A stretch of 64,000 bases of DNA, from contig JBHGNT010000006.1 in NCBI GenBank assembly GCA_043228905.1, forward strand, positions 12,772,001 to 12,836,000. The letters are read 5' to 3'. Both the position numbers and the translations under genes were made by a program. This document shows, one piece after another, positions 51,501-64,000 of the stretch. Source of the stretch: Azolla caroliniana. Its lineage: Eukaryota; Plantae; Polypodiophyta. Positions within the stretch are counted from its first letter, which is position 1. The number at the start of each line of letters is the position of its first letter. The notes beneath the pieces were generated by a model. The model had not been told where the DNA came from, searched no databases, and saw nothing but the letters and a program-made list of their open reading frames with translations.

Positions 51501-52249
51501 TTGCCGACTGTTCCCACGCCAGGAAATGTCTGTATGTTGATTTGGGTGTTGTGTCATTTGCTCCGTCGACATAGCTCCAGTAACCATGCCCGAGGAGGTA
51601 CTGGTGCATCTTGTAGGACCAAATTGCGTAGTTGTTTTTGTCCAGCTTCTCGGTAGGAAGCGAGCTAGGCATGCCTCTATCCATTTTTGTTTTTCCTGTT
51701 CTTCTTGGTTGGTTTTGTTTTCAAGCGATGTCAGCTACAGGGGTTCTCAACCCTGGCGCTTTGATACCATGTGAAGAATAGCGTGCGGAAGAAATAGAAA
51801 ACCGAACACAGAAAATACGTAGGTTTAATGGAGAGCTTGAATATACACAGTATGGGGGAGAGACAGAGAGAGGGAGAGAAAACACAAAAAACAATTCAAA
51901 ATAATACTCAATTTGTATATAGGATGTGCAAAGTGAGCACTTTTATACAAGTCCATACGGACTGACAAAAGTACTAACACGTACTTCAATGCTGATAAAT
52001 GAGCTCTACACTAACTCCCAAAATATATTCCTATGCGAAATATCTTTCCAATGGCCTCGCGGTTTACGCACCGCTACGGCTTCTCGTTGCGTACCGGTCT
52101 GCGCACCGGTTTACGCACCCATTTTACGCACAAGTCCGGCCTAACCGATCGATCCCAACCGATTCGGTTCTCAGCTTGCACAGCCGATCCGGCCAATGTT
52201 GAGCTTGTATCTCAACAAGAGTTAATCATCCCCCATCTTCTGTTGTTCA

Positions 52250-55200
52250 TAAGTGTACTTCTCACAAGTTACACCACCAACTCTGACTATGATGACCATG
52301 GCAGAATGTTTGTGATGAGACATAGAGAAAAATCTATGTAGGCCTCTACTCTGACTAGTGTTACTAGCTAGGGTTAACATGGCCTACCCTCAATCCTTCG
52401 CAGTACGGCTAAGGGAGAGGGTAGTGCAGAGAATGCAGAGCGTATATAGTCTATTGCAAATCGTTGTGAGCGTATTATGTCGCATGTCCTAAGCGGTGGG
52501 GAAAGGGTATTCGGGAGACGACTACAACCGATCTCCTTCGGGAAATGTGTCACCTTTACACAGACACGCTTACGCAATTACTACACACAGAGAATACGTA
52601 AAGAAGAACACTTAGACACAATACGACTATATTTTAGAGATTACCCAAATAACTATGCTACTCCTTTACAAGTATTCCATACCCTTTATGTACGGGGTCA
52701 TGGTCGGTTACTCTTGGCATGTAAACCATTATAGGCGTTCAAGAATGCTTCATTATAATGCTTCGTCCTCATCGTTATGCTACAGATGATTCAATAATGC
52801 AGCCGGTGACTTCCTGTCCATTGAGAACCACCTTGATGGCCAGATTGTGGTGATCAACCATGACTGGCCCTGTGGCAGACTCTGTAAAATTGGCCAAGAT
52901 TTCTATTCTATCCTTACCCCACATTAGGTTTCCATAGCCTACAGGAATAGGGGAACTAGATTTAATAATTTAGCCATTGTTAGCGTAATCTCACAATCAA
53001 CAATTGTTTGGCATATGGGGTTCGCTGCAGGTGTCGTGTCTTGTTCGTGGGCAGCCGCGGTGATGGTTGTCAACTCATGGTGCATGCATCTAACATTGGC
53101 TTCATTCGTCATCTCTACCCAAGCTCTCACAGCTTCGTGGATCTTGTCTTGTTCTGCCGATTCTGTGGTTTTTGCCTTTCTGTGGGTCGTGACTTGTTGG
53201 ACTTCCGCAATGATGGTGTTCACTGCTGGCTATTTCCCTTATTACGCCCTAGGCATTGTGTCACGTAGTGTACTGGCTATTGGGAAATAAAACAATGGAC
53301 ACTGGACTCACCTTTTTCAGGGACTCTTAGTGCCACCATCTCAGTTAGTGTTGCATGCTCCTCCCGCAATTTCTGGTAATTCATGTTATTACGGGGTCTT
53401 CGTCGATAATTGCGACGATCATCTTGACGATGCTCCTCCTCCAAACTCTCATTGTGGATCCATTGATTCTGCGATTGGGGTTTCCTCTATATGAGCGCGC
53501 CTCAGCCTAGCCACCATGATTGTTGGTGGAACGCTAGTTATCATAGCGTTGTCCTCCCCGAGGATTATATCAGTCATGTCTTGGGTACTCCTCTTTCTCC
53601 TAATCCTCTTCATCCGAATATGGATCGTTGTTGTGGAGAGGACAGTTGGGACAACCTGAACTATTATTGCGCTCCAAATTCCGGTAGCGCTCTTCTTGTC
53701 GACTCTGGTCGTGTTGTCGGCGAGGGCGTTGTAGCTCGATACAGCGTATTGGTGCGACAAGGAAATTTAACATATTATACTCACATTGGTCCACTATATG
53801 CGCTCGGGAGTGGCAGATAGGGTATTGGGCTCGCATGTTGCACTCGATCACGGAATGTCCTGTATTCAAGCATATCGTGCATTGTACAACCTGCCAAAAG
53901 TGATACTCCTCCTGCCATGGTAGTGCTTGTCGTAACGATGTCATGGACATACCATCATCTTCGTTCTCAAGTTCCATCTGCAAAGCCCGTTCAATGACCA
54001 TGTCCGCCGTTTGTCCCGCAAAGTGATGTGATCCCAACGTCGTTCGCAAATGGCGGCGCAAAGCAGGCACAAATGTTTCTTTAGCCTCGTCTTCCATGGG
54101 AGCATTCATCAATTGGCACCTTAGATTTTGGAAACGTAGGCTGAAATCAGCGACAAACTCTTTCTGGAGTCGCCGAATAGAGTAGAACTTTCCGATAATT
54201 TTGCGTTGCAGAATGCTTCGGTGAAAGAAGCGTGAAAATGTTGATTGGAGTTGGTCAAAGGAGGCGAAAGCCACAATGTCAAGTTGGGCATGCCAACAGA
54301 CGGCACATCCATCAAGGGTCAGACCAAACTCCACAATCTCGGAAGCGTGAGCTTCAGCTTCCGGAAGTTGTTGCGACACATGTTTCGCGTTCCACACATT
54401 CAGGAACGATCGAGTGTGACCTTCAGCATCGGTATCGCCGTTGAAACGAGGGTATGAGAAGGCCATTGCAATTTATTGACTAAGGCTGAGGCAAATACTG
54501 CTTACACGGTGTGGAGAGGTTTGAGATGTGCTAGAGGTTTCGCTATAGTGGTGACGGGGGGATAAGAACGCCTACCCCATCCCACTTTTCTCGATGAGCA
54601 TTGATTCGAGTGTATTTTCCAATAGTGTCGGGAAGTAGTCGTTGAGACGTGGTTTTTGTGCCACATGTTCCTCTACCTTTCAGGTTATGGAGCGGGTCTG
54701 TGGTCTATCCTGACAAATTGATTCTCTCATGCGTCGATGTCTAGACATGCATTCCTTGATGTGCAACTGTGAGGATCACTTATCACCAGGCATGCCAAAA
54801 GTGTTACCGGCTAGGGTTAACATGGCCTACCCTCAATCCTTTGGGGTACGACTCAGGGAGATTGTAGTGCAGAGATTGGAGAGGGTATACAGTCTATTGC
54901 AAATCGTTGTGAGCATATTACATCGCTTGCTATAAGTGGAGGGGAAATGGTATTCGAGAGACGGCTACAACTGATCTCCTTCGCACAATGCATAGCCTTT
55001 ACACAGACACGCTTACGCGATTACCACACACAGAGAATACGTAAAGAAGAACACTCAAACACAACAAGTCGAAAACAATACGACTACATTTCAGAGATTA
55101 CCGAAATAACTATGCTACCCTTTCCAAGTTTTCCATGCATGGTCAGTTACGCTTGGCGCATGAACCGTTAGAGGCATTAAAAAACGCTTCATTCTAACGC

Positions 55201-55330
55201 TTTCTCCTCATCATTACGCTACAGATGATTCTGACTCCACTCCTTCCCTTTCTTTTATCTTTTCCCACTTAGGCCGACTTAGGCGGACAACAACTAGTAC
55301 TAGTAATCCGGAAGAAGTATGGTTTCTCGA
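52250..55330 (+). mobile_element. Short Copia gag/protease remnant (52250-52358 + 55298-55330) split by a Gypsy insertion
   Basis: Joined across TSD: GRMFVMRHREKSM*ASTLTSTSNPEEVWFLD. Confidence 0.65.
52359..55292 (-). mobile_element. Internally deleted Ty3/gypsy (gag only); 5' LTR 54802-55292, partial 3' LTR 52359-52792
   Basis: TSD ACTAG, PBS-like TGGCATGCCTGGTGA 54797-54783, gag ORF 54466-53600 with CTICLNTGHSVIEC. Confidence 0.9.
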
Positions 55331-55894
55331 TGTTGTTGATCCTTCTTCTTTTGCCTTCCAATTGAGTAGAGCTTCCACGTTCCTTCTCCCTCCCCTCCTT
55401 CTTCACTAGAATAGGCTCATATTTATAGGTTTTGGATTTCTTGCCTTTTTCCTCTTAAAAAAAAGCTTGTCTATACGAGTCAACTTTTTTTTTCCTCACT
55501 ATTTCTGTTTTCTAGGCCCACATTTCACATGCAAGATATTCTTGGAAAGCTCTTTGGGTTAGCTTTCTTATGCATCTTTTCTTTTCTAATTTGGACATCT
55601 GACGAGGAAATTATGAGCTTTTTTCTCTAATGTGCTCCTCATATCTACGCGTGCTTTTTTTTTTCCTATCCATCTTTTTGTCTACTTTTGAAAACCGCCT
55701 CTAACTTAATATTCATCATTATTTATTGTAAGGTTCAATCCTTTGACCTTTTATTTATAAGGAATTATCTTTGGCAAAATGAAAAAGTATTTTTGCTACC
55801 AATAAAGTTGACTTCACAATACTAGTTTATTTAAGCTACTATTTTGCTTCTTTTCGAGGGTGGTTTCACACTATGTGTTCGAAACATCACAACA
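55331..55894. mobile_element. Probable solo LTR with non-matching flanks
   Basis: TGTTG...CAACA ends; interrupts the Copia protease motif; flanks TCGA / CCGT. Confidence 0.5.
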
Positions 55895-55915
55895 CCGTTT
55901 TCAAAAGAGAGGAAT

Positions 55916-56446
55916 TGTCATGGCACAGTGACATCAAATACATAATTGGTGAGGATTGAACCTGCAACCTCACATCAACAACATGTCATGTTCAACCATT
56001 TTGACATGAGCATACATTTTGTATATAATAATGTACTCTTCTATAGTCTAACGCACAATACATTACAGAATCAAAATATTCTATTCGTTAGTATATTCTA
56101 GGGATATTGTACGGTATATTCTAGATGAGTATATTCTAGAGATATTTCTCGAGTATATTCTAGTCTAGCTATTCAATCTCGGAACTTGTATAAATACTTG
56201 TAACCTCCTTGGATATCTCCATAATATACTCAAGAAATATCTCTAGAATATACTAATCTAGAATATACCATAAAATATCTCTCGAATATACTAATGACTG
56301 GAATATTCTGATTCTGAAATGTACTATGCGATAGACAATAGAATATTACACCATTAAATACAAATTTTGAGCATGACATCTTGTTGATGTGAGGTTGTAG
56401 GTTCAATCCTCACTAACTATGTATTTGATGTCACTTTGTCGTGACA
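55916..56446. repeat. ~530-bp foldback (imperfect inverted arms of ~240 bp) with TGTCA..TGACA ends
   Basis: 55916-55997 is the reverse complement of 56368-56446; the TATATTCTAG-rich block ~56075-56163 mirrors ~56222-56315. Confidence 0.85.
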
Positions 56447-57425
56447 CATTGTTGATGTGCTGAATGAGATGTATGGTGTTGTCTCCCGTCTCTATGAAGC
56501 CGGGTCGATCCGGCGTTCTAAGTCACAAAACCACTCTTGGTGTGATGTGATATGATGTGAGGCACTGGAGTCGACGAACCACACGTCTTCCGAGTTGGAG
56601 GTGCTTGTGAATTTGGAAGCCGGCTTACTCCTCTTCGTAGTGGCCAATTTTGTTGTAATAGTTGCAAGTAATGGGCCATGTTTATCAACCTTGTTTGGCA
56701 TGGAAGCTCCCCCTTCTTCCGAAGGTCCCTTGATGGCTTCTGTCTTGTTGTCAAAGGTTTGAGTTCCCTTTGTGAGATGGGTCGAATCGACCTCTTCTAC
56801 CGCCTTGACCTTATCGTCGGCTATCATCCGAATTTGAGATGAACAGTTGTCCTTGCGACGTCTTGGTCTTGGTTCGGACGTGGTTATCTTCGACCAATAA
56901 CATTGATTCGAGGTCGAAGAATGAAGGAGGGTTTTCTCTCACTAAGATAGTTGTCCTTATCGGGTCGAACCGATATGCGAGACGGCCCAAACATACTTGA
57001 ACCATCTCATCTTCGTCGATGTTTATGTTGATGGAGCCAAGTGAGTCGCAAATGCTCTTGATCTTGGTGGTGTAGTGTGACACGAGCATACCCTTTTGTT
57101 GTATGTTGTTCAACTCTTGCTAGAGTTGAAGCTTGCGAGCAGTTGTGTTGGCGGCGAAAATTTTCTTTAAGTTCGCCTATGTTTCCTTAGGCGTCTTGGC
57201 GTCTCGAATGTGGCTAAGCATGTGGTTGTGGACACATGTTGTCAAGCAATACATTACCCGACTCTTCCTTGCTCCCATGTTGGGTAGTTGGCATTTGTAA
57301 TGTCGGGTTTGTTTTTCTAGTGCGACGTTGATGTAGTTCCAATACCCTTGGCCAACTAGGTATTGGTTCATCATGTACTCCCAAGATGAATAATTACTCT
57401 TGTCTAGCTTTTCGCGAGGGAGCGA
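56447..57425 (-). mobile_element. Copia gag-protease fragment D
   Basis: SLPREKLDKSNYSSWEY, ICDSLGSININIDEDEMVQVCL, VWFVDSSASHH. Confidence 0.85.
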
Positions 57426-60400
57426 TATTATAGATCTAAGTACTAAAGTAAGCTTAAGATAAGGATAAAGTAATGATAGATAGAAAGGAGAAAGAGAAAG
57501 AAGGGTGCCGATCCACCCGACCACCCCCGAGCGAAGGGATCGAGACGGACTCGAGCCTCGATCGGCGTCCCATACCACCGCCGTGTCGTCGAGTCGTACC
57601 TGGTGCTGGCACGCTCGCTACAAGAGTTGACCCACCACACGAGCAGAGTCTCGATGTAGTCAAAAGATGATCAAATGAGGGTAGCTAGGCCTCTTATTTA
57701 TAACGATACCCAAGGCCCCCAGGGAAGTTCACACTTGACCTAATGGGTTGTCTCAATCCCGAGGATTAAAAGTAATCCTCCCCTTCTTTACACTCTCGTT
57801 TAACCCTCACACTTATCCACGTGTATAGAATACTACGGTAAATTCTTACCACGGGATATTATATGGTCATGCCCGTAACATACTCCCCCTCTTTAAAACA
57901 TTGCACTCTTGCAATGGAAAGTTAGGGAAGCTAGTTCTAAGAGTATTTTCGTGTTCCCATGTGGCATCTTTTATTGATTTATCCATCAATTTTATTTTAA
58001 ATTCTCGGATTTCTTTAGTACGTAATTTTTTTGTTTTAATATCGAGAATTCTTTCTGGTACATGTGGTTTAGAAGATAATTCTTCAGAAGTAACCAGAGT
58101 TTCAGTTGTAACTGTATTGTCGCCAGAACCTAGAAGTTCTTTTAGACGACTCACATGAAAGACTGGATGAATTTCGACACCATCGGGAAGAGCGAGACAA
58201 TAGGTTGATGACCCAATGCATTTGAGGACTGTAAAAGGTCCACAAAACCGTGGGGCTAACTTAGCGCACTTACCCGTAGACAATGTCTTAGAATTGTGAG
58301 GTACACATAAAAATACCTTCTGTCCAGGGTTGAATACACGAGGTTGCCTATGATGATCGGCATAAAAACGTGCTCTATCTTGAGCTGTTTCTATATTATC
58401 TCGTGCAATATGCAACATATCTTGCATATCTCGAAGAAATTTTTGCGTACTTCGCAACTCATCATGATGTATATTAACATCAATCGGGGCTCGTGGCTGG
58501 AAACCATACATCAACATAAAAGGACTATATCCCGTCGACGTATGCTTGGAGCTGTTATAAGCAAACTCCAAATTTGGGAGATAACGTTCCCATTTTGTTG
58601 GTTTTGCACCAACGTATGCTCGAAGCATGTCCTCAATAATTTGATTTACTCGTTCTGTCTGTCCATCGGATTGAGGATGATCCGTGGAGCTCATGCTCAA
58701 CGTAGTTTCTAACTTCTTAAAGACTTGCGTCCAGAAGTCACTAGTAAACTTTGGATCTCGATCACTCACGATATCCATCGGTAACCCATAAAAACGAAAC
58801 AATTCGTCAACGAATTGGTAAGCCAATTCAGGAGCTGTTACCGTGGTTTTAGTAGCAATAAATCTGGCCATTTTAGTTAGTCGATCAACGACAACCCAGA
58901 TGGCATCATGAGCTTTTTGGGTGCGAGGAAGGCTAACAATAAAATCCATAGATATACTTTCCCACTTATTATTGGGAATGTCCAAGGGATGTAAAAGTCC
59001 TGCGGCTTTAAGTCGCTCGGCTTTGTTAACCTGACACTGGTGACATTTAGTCACATAGCTATGTATGTCAGGATGCATCTTAGGCCAATAAAATTGAGTG
59101 GAGATGAGAACGAGTGTACGATGTATTCTAGGGTGCCCTGCTGAGGGTGCATCATGGCATTCAAAAAGAATCCTCTTTTTGACCTTGGGTAAATCTGGAA
59201 CACAAACCTTCCCATTACGGTAGAGCAAACCGTTAGCAATGTGGAAGTATTCCTTCGAGGATGTGGTGGTGTCTGTTCCAGACTCAACTCTTGCCCAATA
59301 TTTTGCGAAATAACTGTCATCAGGATACTTTCCTCGAAGGTGATCATAAAGATCTGATGATATTTCAGTGAAGCTAAGCGTGTTAACTTCACGGATGCGA
59401 CTTAGTGCATCAGCGACAGTGTTCATGGAACCTTTACGATATCGTAAGGAAAAATCAAAGTCCTGGATGAGATCAGCCCATCGTGCCTTACGACCTTTCA
59501 GGTCTTGTTGGTCACAAAAATATTTCAAGGACTCGTGGTTCGTAGTTACCACAAAGTGATTTCCATAAAGATAATGGCGCCATGTTTTGAGCGCATGTAT
59601 AACTGCAAATAATTCCTTTTCTTGAACGGTATACCGACATTGAGCAGAATCAAGTTTCTTACTCTCGAATGCTATTGGTTTACCATCTTGATACAAGACA
59701 GCACCTATAGCATAATCGCTTGCATCGGTTTCAACCTCAAAAGGTTTTGAAGGATCAGGTAAAAGAAGTGAAGGAGTCTTGCAAACCAGGTCCTTGAGTT
59801 CCTTAAAGGCGAGGTCTAGTGTAGCATTCCACACAATAGGTTTTGTAGACTTACGCGTTTGACCTTTTAAAAGATCAGTAAACAACGTCGTCAATTGGGA
59901 GTAATTACGAAGAGACTTTCGCAAAAACCCCACAAAACGAAGGAATGATCGAACTTCTCGAATATTCCGAAGAGTGGGCCAAAGCTTGATTTTCTGAATG
60001 CGAGAAGGATCAATTTCAACTCCTCGTTCGGTTATGAGATGTCCTAGATAAGTAATTGATTTCTTGAAGAACTCACATTTTGAGATCTTTGCATAAAACT
60101 GTTTGTCACGCAATGTTTGTAAAACAAAGCGGACATGTCTAGCATGTTCTTGTAATGTACGGCTATAAACTAAAATATCATCCAAGAAAATAACGACAAA
60201 TTTTCCAAGTTGTTCTCAGAAAATGTCATTCATTTCTTGTTGAAAAGTAGCCAGAGCATTGGTCAAACCAAAAGGAATAACCAAAAACTCGTAATGGCCA
60301 TAGCGCGTACGAAATGCCGTTTTAGGAACATCGTCCTCACTTATTCGTATTTGATGGTAGCCAGTACGGAGATCAAGTTTCGTAAAATACCGAGCTCCTT

Positions 60401-63079
60401 GGAGACGGTCAATTAGATCGTCAGCCCGGGGCAATGGGTATGAATTCTTGATCGTCACTTTATTCAAGCGTCGGTAATTAATACACATACGCCATGTGCC
60501 CTCTTTCTTTTTAACCAAGAGAATTGGTGCACCCCATGGAGATTTACTATAACGTATATAACCCATTCGTAAATAGTCCTTGAGTTGCTTAGATACCTCA
60601 TCTTCTTCGGATCGACTTAAGCGATACGGAGGTATAATTATTGGTGCAACACCCGGTACAATATCTATACGATGGTCTATATTATGTTTAGGAGGTAACC
60701 TATCAGGTAGTTCACTTGGAAAAAGATCATGAAAATCATTTAAGATTTCATCAAGTTGTTGTTGTTCAAAATATGTTAATTGAACCGGGACATTATCGAT
60801 ATTGTAAATGTGAATGTCCGGATCAAGTACACAATAAAATAATGTAGAACAAGACAACTCGGATATTGATGGACACGAGGAAACAATCGAGAGGGATTGT
60901 TTTTTTACACATTGAATAAAATGCGTACAATCGTTCAGTACAAAAGAAATGGAATGACGAACCCAATCAATAAATAAAGAAGAGTTTTTATTATAAAACC
61001 AGGGATAACCCAGTATTACATCGGTGGTACAAAGATTCATTACATGGAAGTCTACTTCTTCTATATAAGTATCAATAGAAATTCTTAATGAATGAATCGC
61101 CCCGTTGATGTATTGTACTCTTCCATCAGCCAAGTGCACCGTGTAGGTGTGATCACTTACGGCGGGTTGGATTCCCCATATCTGAACCAAATGATCATTC
61201 ACAAAATTGTGTGAGCTTCCCGAATCAAATAAAAATTGTACGGGAGATCCATTGATATACCCGTTTGCACGTAGTACATCATTGGGACCCAATACATAGT
61301 GAGGGAAGGAACATTGACAATTACTTAAATGATGTGTATAGACCTGAAGGACATTAGGAATCTGACCTTTATGGTCTGCAGCTTTAGCTTTGTTGTCGTG
61401 CTCTTTCCGTTGGAGCTTTCGACATTGATCTTTTGTATGACCCTTCTTTTTGCAGAATACACAAAAAGGATGTTGTCGCTTACAATCGCTGTCGTAGTGT
61501 ATTTCGTACACTACGTGAAAAAGTAAAAAATAATATAACCGATTTAATTACATATAAATAAATAAAATAATATATCAAGATATTTATCACGTGCATAGGG
61601 CAAGATTTGAACCCTGTACCTCCACGTAGCCAAACCTCAACTTTACCATTATGCTACCTTATCTTTAATGTTCTATAAATAGATTTAATAACTATAAGTG
61701 CTTTATTTGCGCCTACCTTTATTAAAAGGTAAATCATGTATTTTTAGAGTGCGTGAATATTTTATAGAAAAACGCAAGCGACTAAAAAGTGACTCATGCA
61801 CATCTAGCGTGCATGAACACTATATTTAGCAAATAAAAGCAAGGATAGAAAAGCATCACATGCACATTTAGTGTGCATGACCGTATTAGAAAAAAAGCAT
61901 GTAGCTATGCTTAGTCTCTCCCATCACTACATAAGGATGGGGAGCACAATGTAATAGGTGTGAAAAATATTTGGGAAATTGGATATATTTCCTAAAACAC
62001 CAACAATCAATAAAATATACTCGTGGGATTCACGAAGTTTAAGATAATCTATCTCTTTCAATCTAAATTCATATTCTTACATAAATATTGATTAATGTAA
62101 TACTTGTGGGATTCACAAGATTAGCCTCAAATTCTTCCTCCTCCTAGTCCAAAACCTCGGCGGTTCCCACCCGACTCACGCAACGATCCGGAGCCGAAAG
62201 GCACGACATCGCGATCCAGGAATTCGTTGGGTGTCTGCGTTTCCCAACAAATTGCGACTGCTTAGTCCCGGGCACTTCGTTGGGTTTGTTATGGTCCTTC
62301 TTCGAAGTGCGTTGATAGCGAAGAACTATTTCAACGGCCTCTTCGAAGGATTTTGGATCCTTATCGTGCACTATCCAGTGATAGTCCGAATTGGGGATGC
62401 CATTGACAAAACAAGCTATCAACCAATTGTCCCCTTCTAGACCCGATTTTTGGATTTGGGTTCTAGCATGGTGAACATAGTCTTCTAGCGAGGAAAATTT
62501 CCTACTAGAGAGGTTCATTAAAGCTTGTGCTGCCTCGGTTCGAGAGGGAGGTTGCAGAAATTGGCCCTTAAAAACCGTGACAAAATCTGTCTAGGTATCG
62601 GGCAATTTCCCCATAGTACGGAGCCCATGCCACCAGGCGGCGGCCTTACCCCCGAGTTCTCGGCCGACATATGCAATCTTCGTACTATTTGGCGTGGGAT
62701 AGAGCTCAAAATGAGACTCCCATCGTCCCAGCCATGTGCAGATTGCTTCTTCGGTTCTTTCCTTTTTGTCTCCCGTAAATGGCTTAACGACAAATGATGG
62801 TTCACCTTGTCGCTCATCAGGTCAATTAGTCTCACGTTGTAGACTAATGACACGTGCCTCGAGAGCATTTTGAGATTGCCGAAGTTCGGTCATCTGTTGA
62901 GCGGTGAAACTAAGGTATTGGGTTATTTGTGCCAAATACATCTCAGTGGACATTTGTCCAGGAGGATTCCCTTGAGTTCCTTCCGCTTGAGCGGATGACA
63001 TCAGGTCGTTAATTTGAGCCATTAAAGATTATTTCTGGAAAAGAAATAGGATAAGGTCAGAGAGATAGTCATAACATCA
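57426..63079 (-). mobile_element. Chromoviral Ty3/gypsy; 3' LTR ~57426-57880, gag-PR-RT-RH-INT-chromodomain; 5' LTR not seen
   Basis: [61 protein letters not shown], chromodomain VPERILD..ATWE; PPT AAAGAGGGGGAG; the two pol ORFs are separated by one TGA at 60216-60218. Confidence 0.93.
61490..62208 (+). mobile_element. Solo LTR (719 bp) in chromovirus gag, same family as 30217-30990
   Basis: TGTCGT..ACGACA ends; 4-bp TSD TCGC. Confidence 0.9.
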
Positions 63080-64000
63080 TGTCGTGATGTAAACATATCA
63101 TGGGTAAACATTAATCGATATCATGATCTCACGTCAATACCCCTCTAGACGTATGAGATGAGGTTCAAGATCAGGTTACTATGGTAACACAAAGGTGTTT
63201 TAAAAACCATGGGGGTGACAAATAAATGTCTTTCCCTGATCTCTATATCGATTTTTTCATGGTGGCTCCCCGAGGCTCAACCATGTATGTTCGCGTCATG
63301 AATTGTTTATACACGAAAAAAATGTTAATAATAAACTATGTTTCGGTGCCCACATATGTGGTTTCGGCTCTTTAAGTCCTATTACGAGGACCCCGAGGTG
63401 CACTTAGACCTTAAGTCTAAACATGTGTTATAGTCATATGTATCAAGGATGTTGTATGGTCTTGGTCATATTTGAACTCGAGACCTCGAGAACAAATACA
63501 TTAAACACTTGAGCCAACCAAGTAAGTTGCTCTTCTTGAATGCTTAATGTTTGATGCGTATAAGAGATATGCGAGATCATATATGTTTTTTTTCAAAGAA
63601 CATATATGTCAAGGGTCCTTATTTCGCCCTCATTTACCAAAACTATGTTGGTACGTTACCTAACCTCAAGTCTCGTAATTACGATGGCATATGCCAAAGT
63701 GCAACCTAATGGTCAAGCCAAATGAGCCCTCGTTTCGTAGTAGGCTCACGTGGGCCATCACATGGTCACGTCATTACAAATGCCTCTCGTAAGAACGAGC
63801 TCATGGTGGCATCATATCCATGTAACGAGGGAGGGATGTTGGATACGTGCGTCATTGGAGCGACCTCACTTGAAGTGGGTCAAGCCCTACGTACTCAACA
63901 TCATTATGGCTATTGGCGTTTCTTTACGTAACGAAATCGAGGTCATCAACGGGGTTATCAACAATAAAAAATTGTTGAAAAAGGGATGGTGACAACGCCA
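63080..64000. other. Unassigned, possibly LTR-derived sequence
   Basis: Begins TGTCGTGATGT with a small hairpin and replaces the expected chromovirus 5' end; no TSD or partner in the window. Confidence 0.3.

Larger units (their letters stand above)
42516..52217 (-). mobile_element. Full-length degenerate Ty1/copia element C; LTRs 42516-42963 and 51770-52217; carries a 4-kb insertion in RT
   Basis: TSD AGAGT, PBS TGGTATCAAAGC 51769-51758, PPT, gag zinc knuckle CWYCGKKGHKEGEC, WYIDSG, INT, RT YVDD, RH. Confidence 0.95.

Noticed and set aside
63076-63998. Another CG-targeted solo LTR 63080-63994
   Set aside because: Flanks ATCA and ACGC do not match and the right boundary is at the window edge; not counted for the CG pattern and, if it belongs to the group, a possible exception

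Overview
Repeat-derived eukaryotic DNA with no intact host gene. It is probably moss (Physcomitrium-like) heterochromatin; this is inferred from the element types only. Bases 1-14,200 are a decayed intron-containing DNA-transposon-like unit. It has a Sola2-like DDD transposase on the + strand converging on a multi-exon - strand gene. When two LTR insertions are removed at their target-site duplications (TSDs), that gene reconstructs to coiled-coil + RING-H2-like finger + FCP1/NIF-type HAD domain with substituted catalytic aspartates. Both genes are split by kb-long arrays of the same palindromic TAGCTAATTAGCTA satellite. Bases 14,200-64,000 are a nest of Ty1/copia and Ty3/gypsy elements, solo LTRs, non-autonomous LTR elements and a foldback. 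Notable patterns there: a TGTCG..CGACA LTR group whose 4-bp flanks are all CG-centred, a small LTR element with tRNA-like motifs at both internal ends, tRNA-like A/B-box units inside LTRs, and Copia elements with a duplicated PPT. All coordinates were read by eye, and family names are motif-based, not from database searches.
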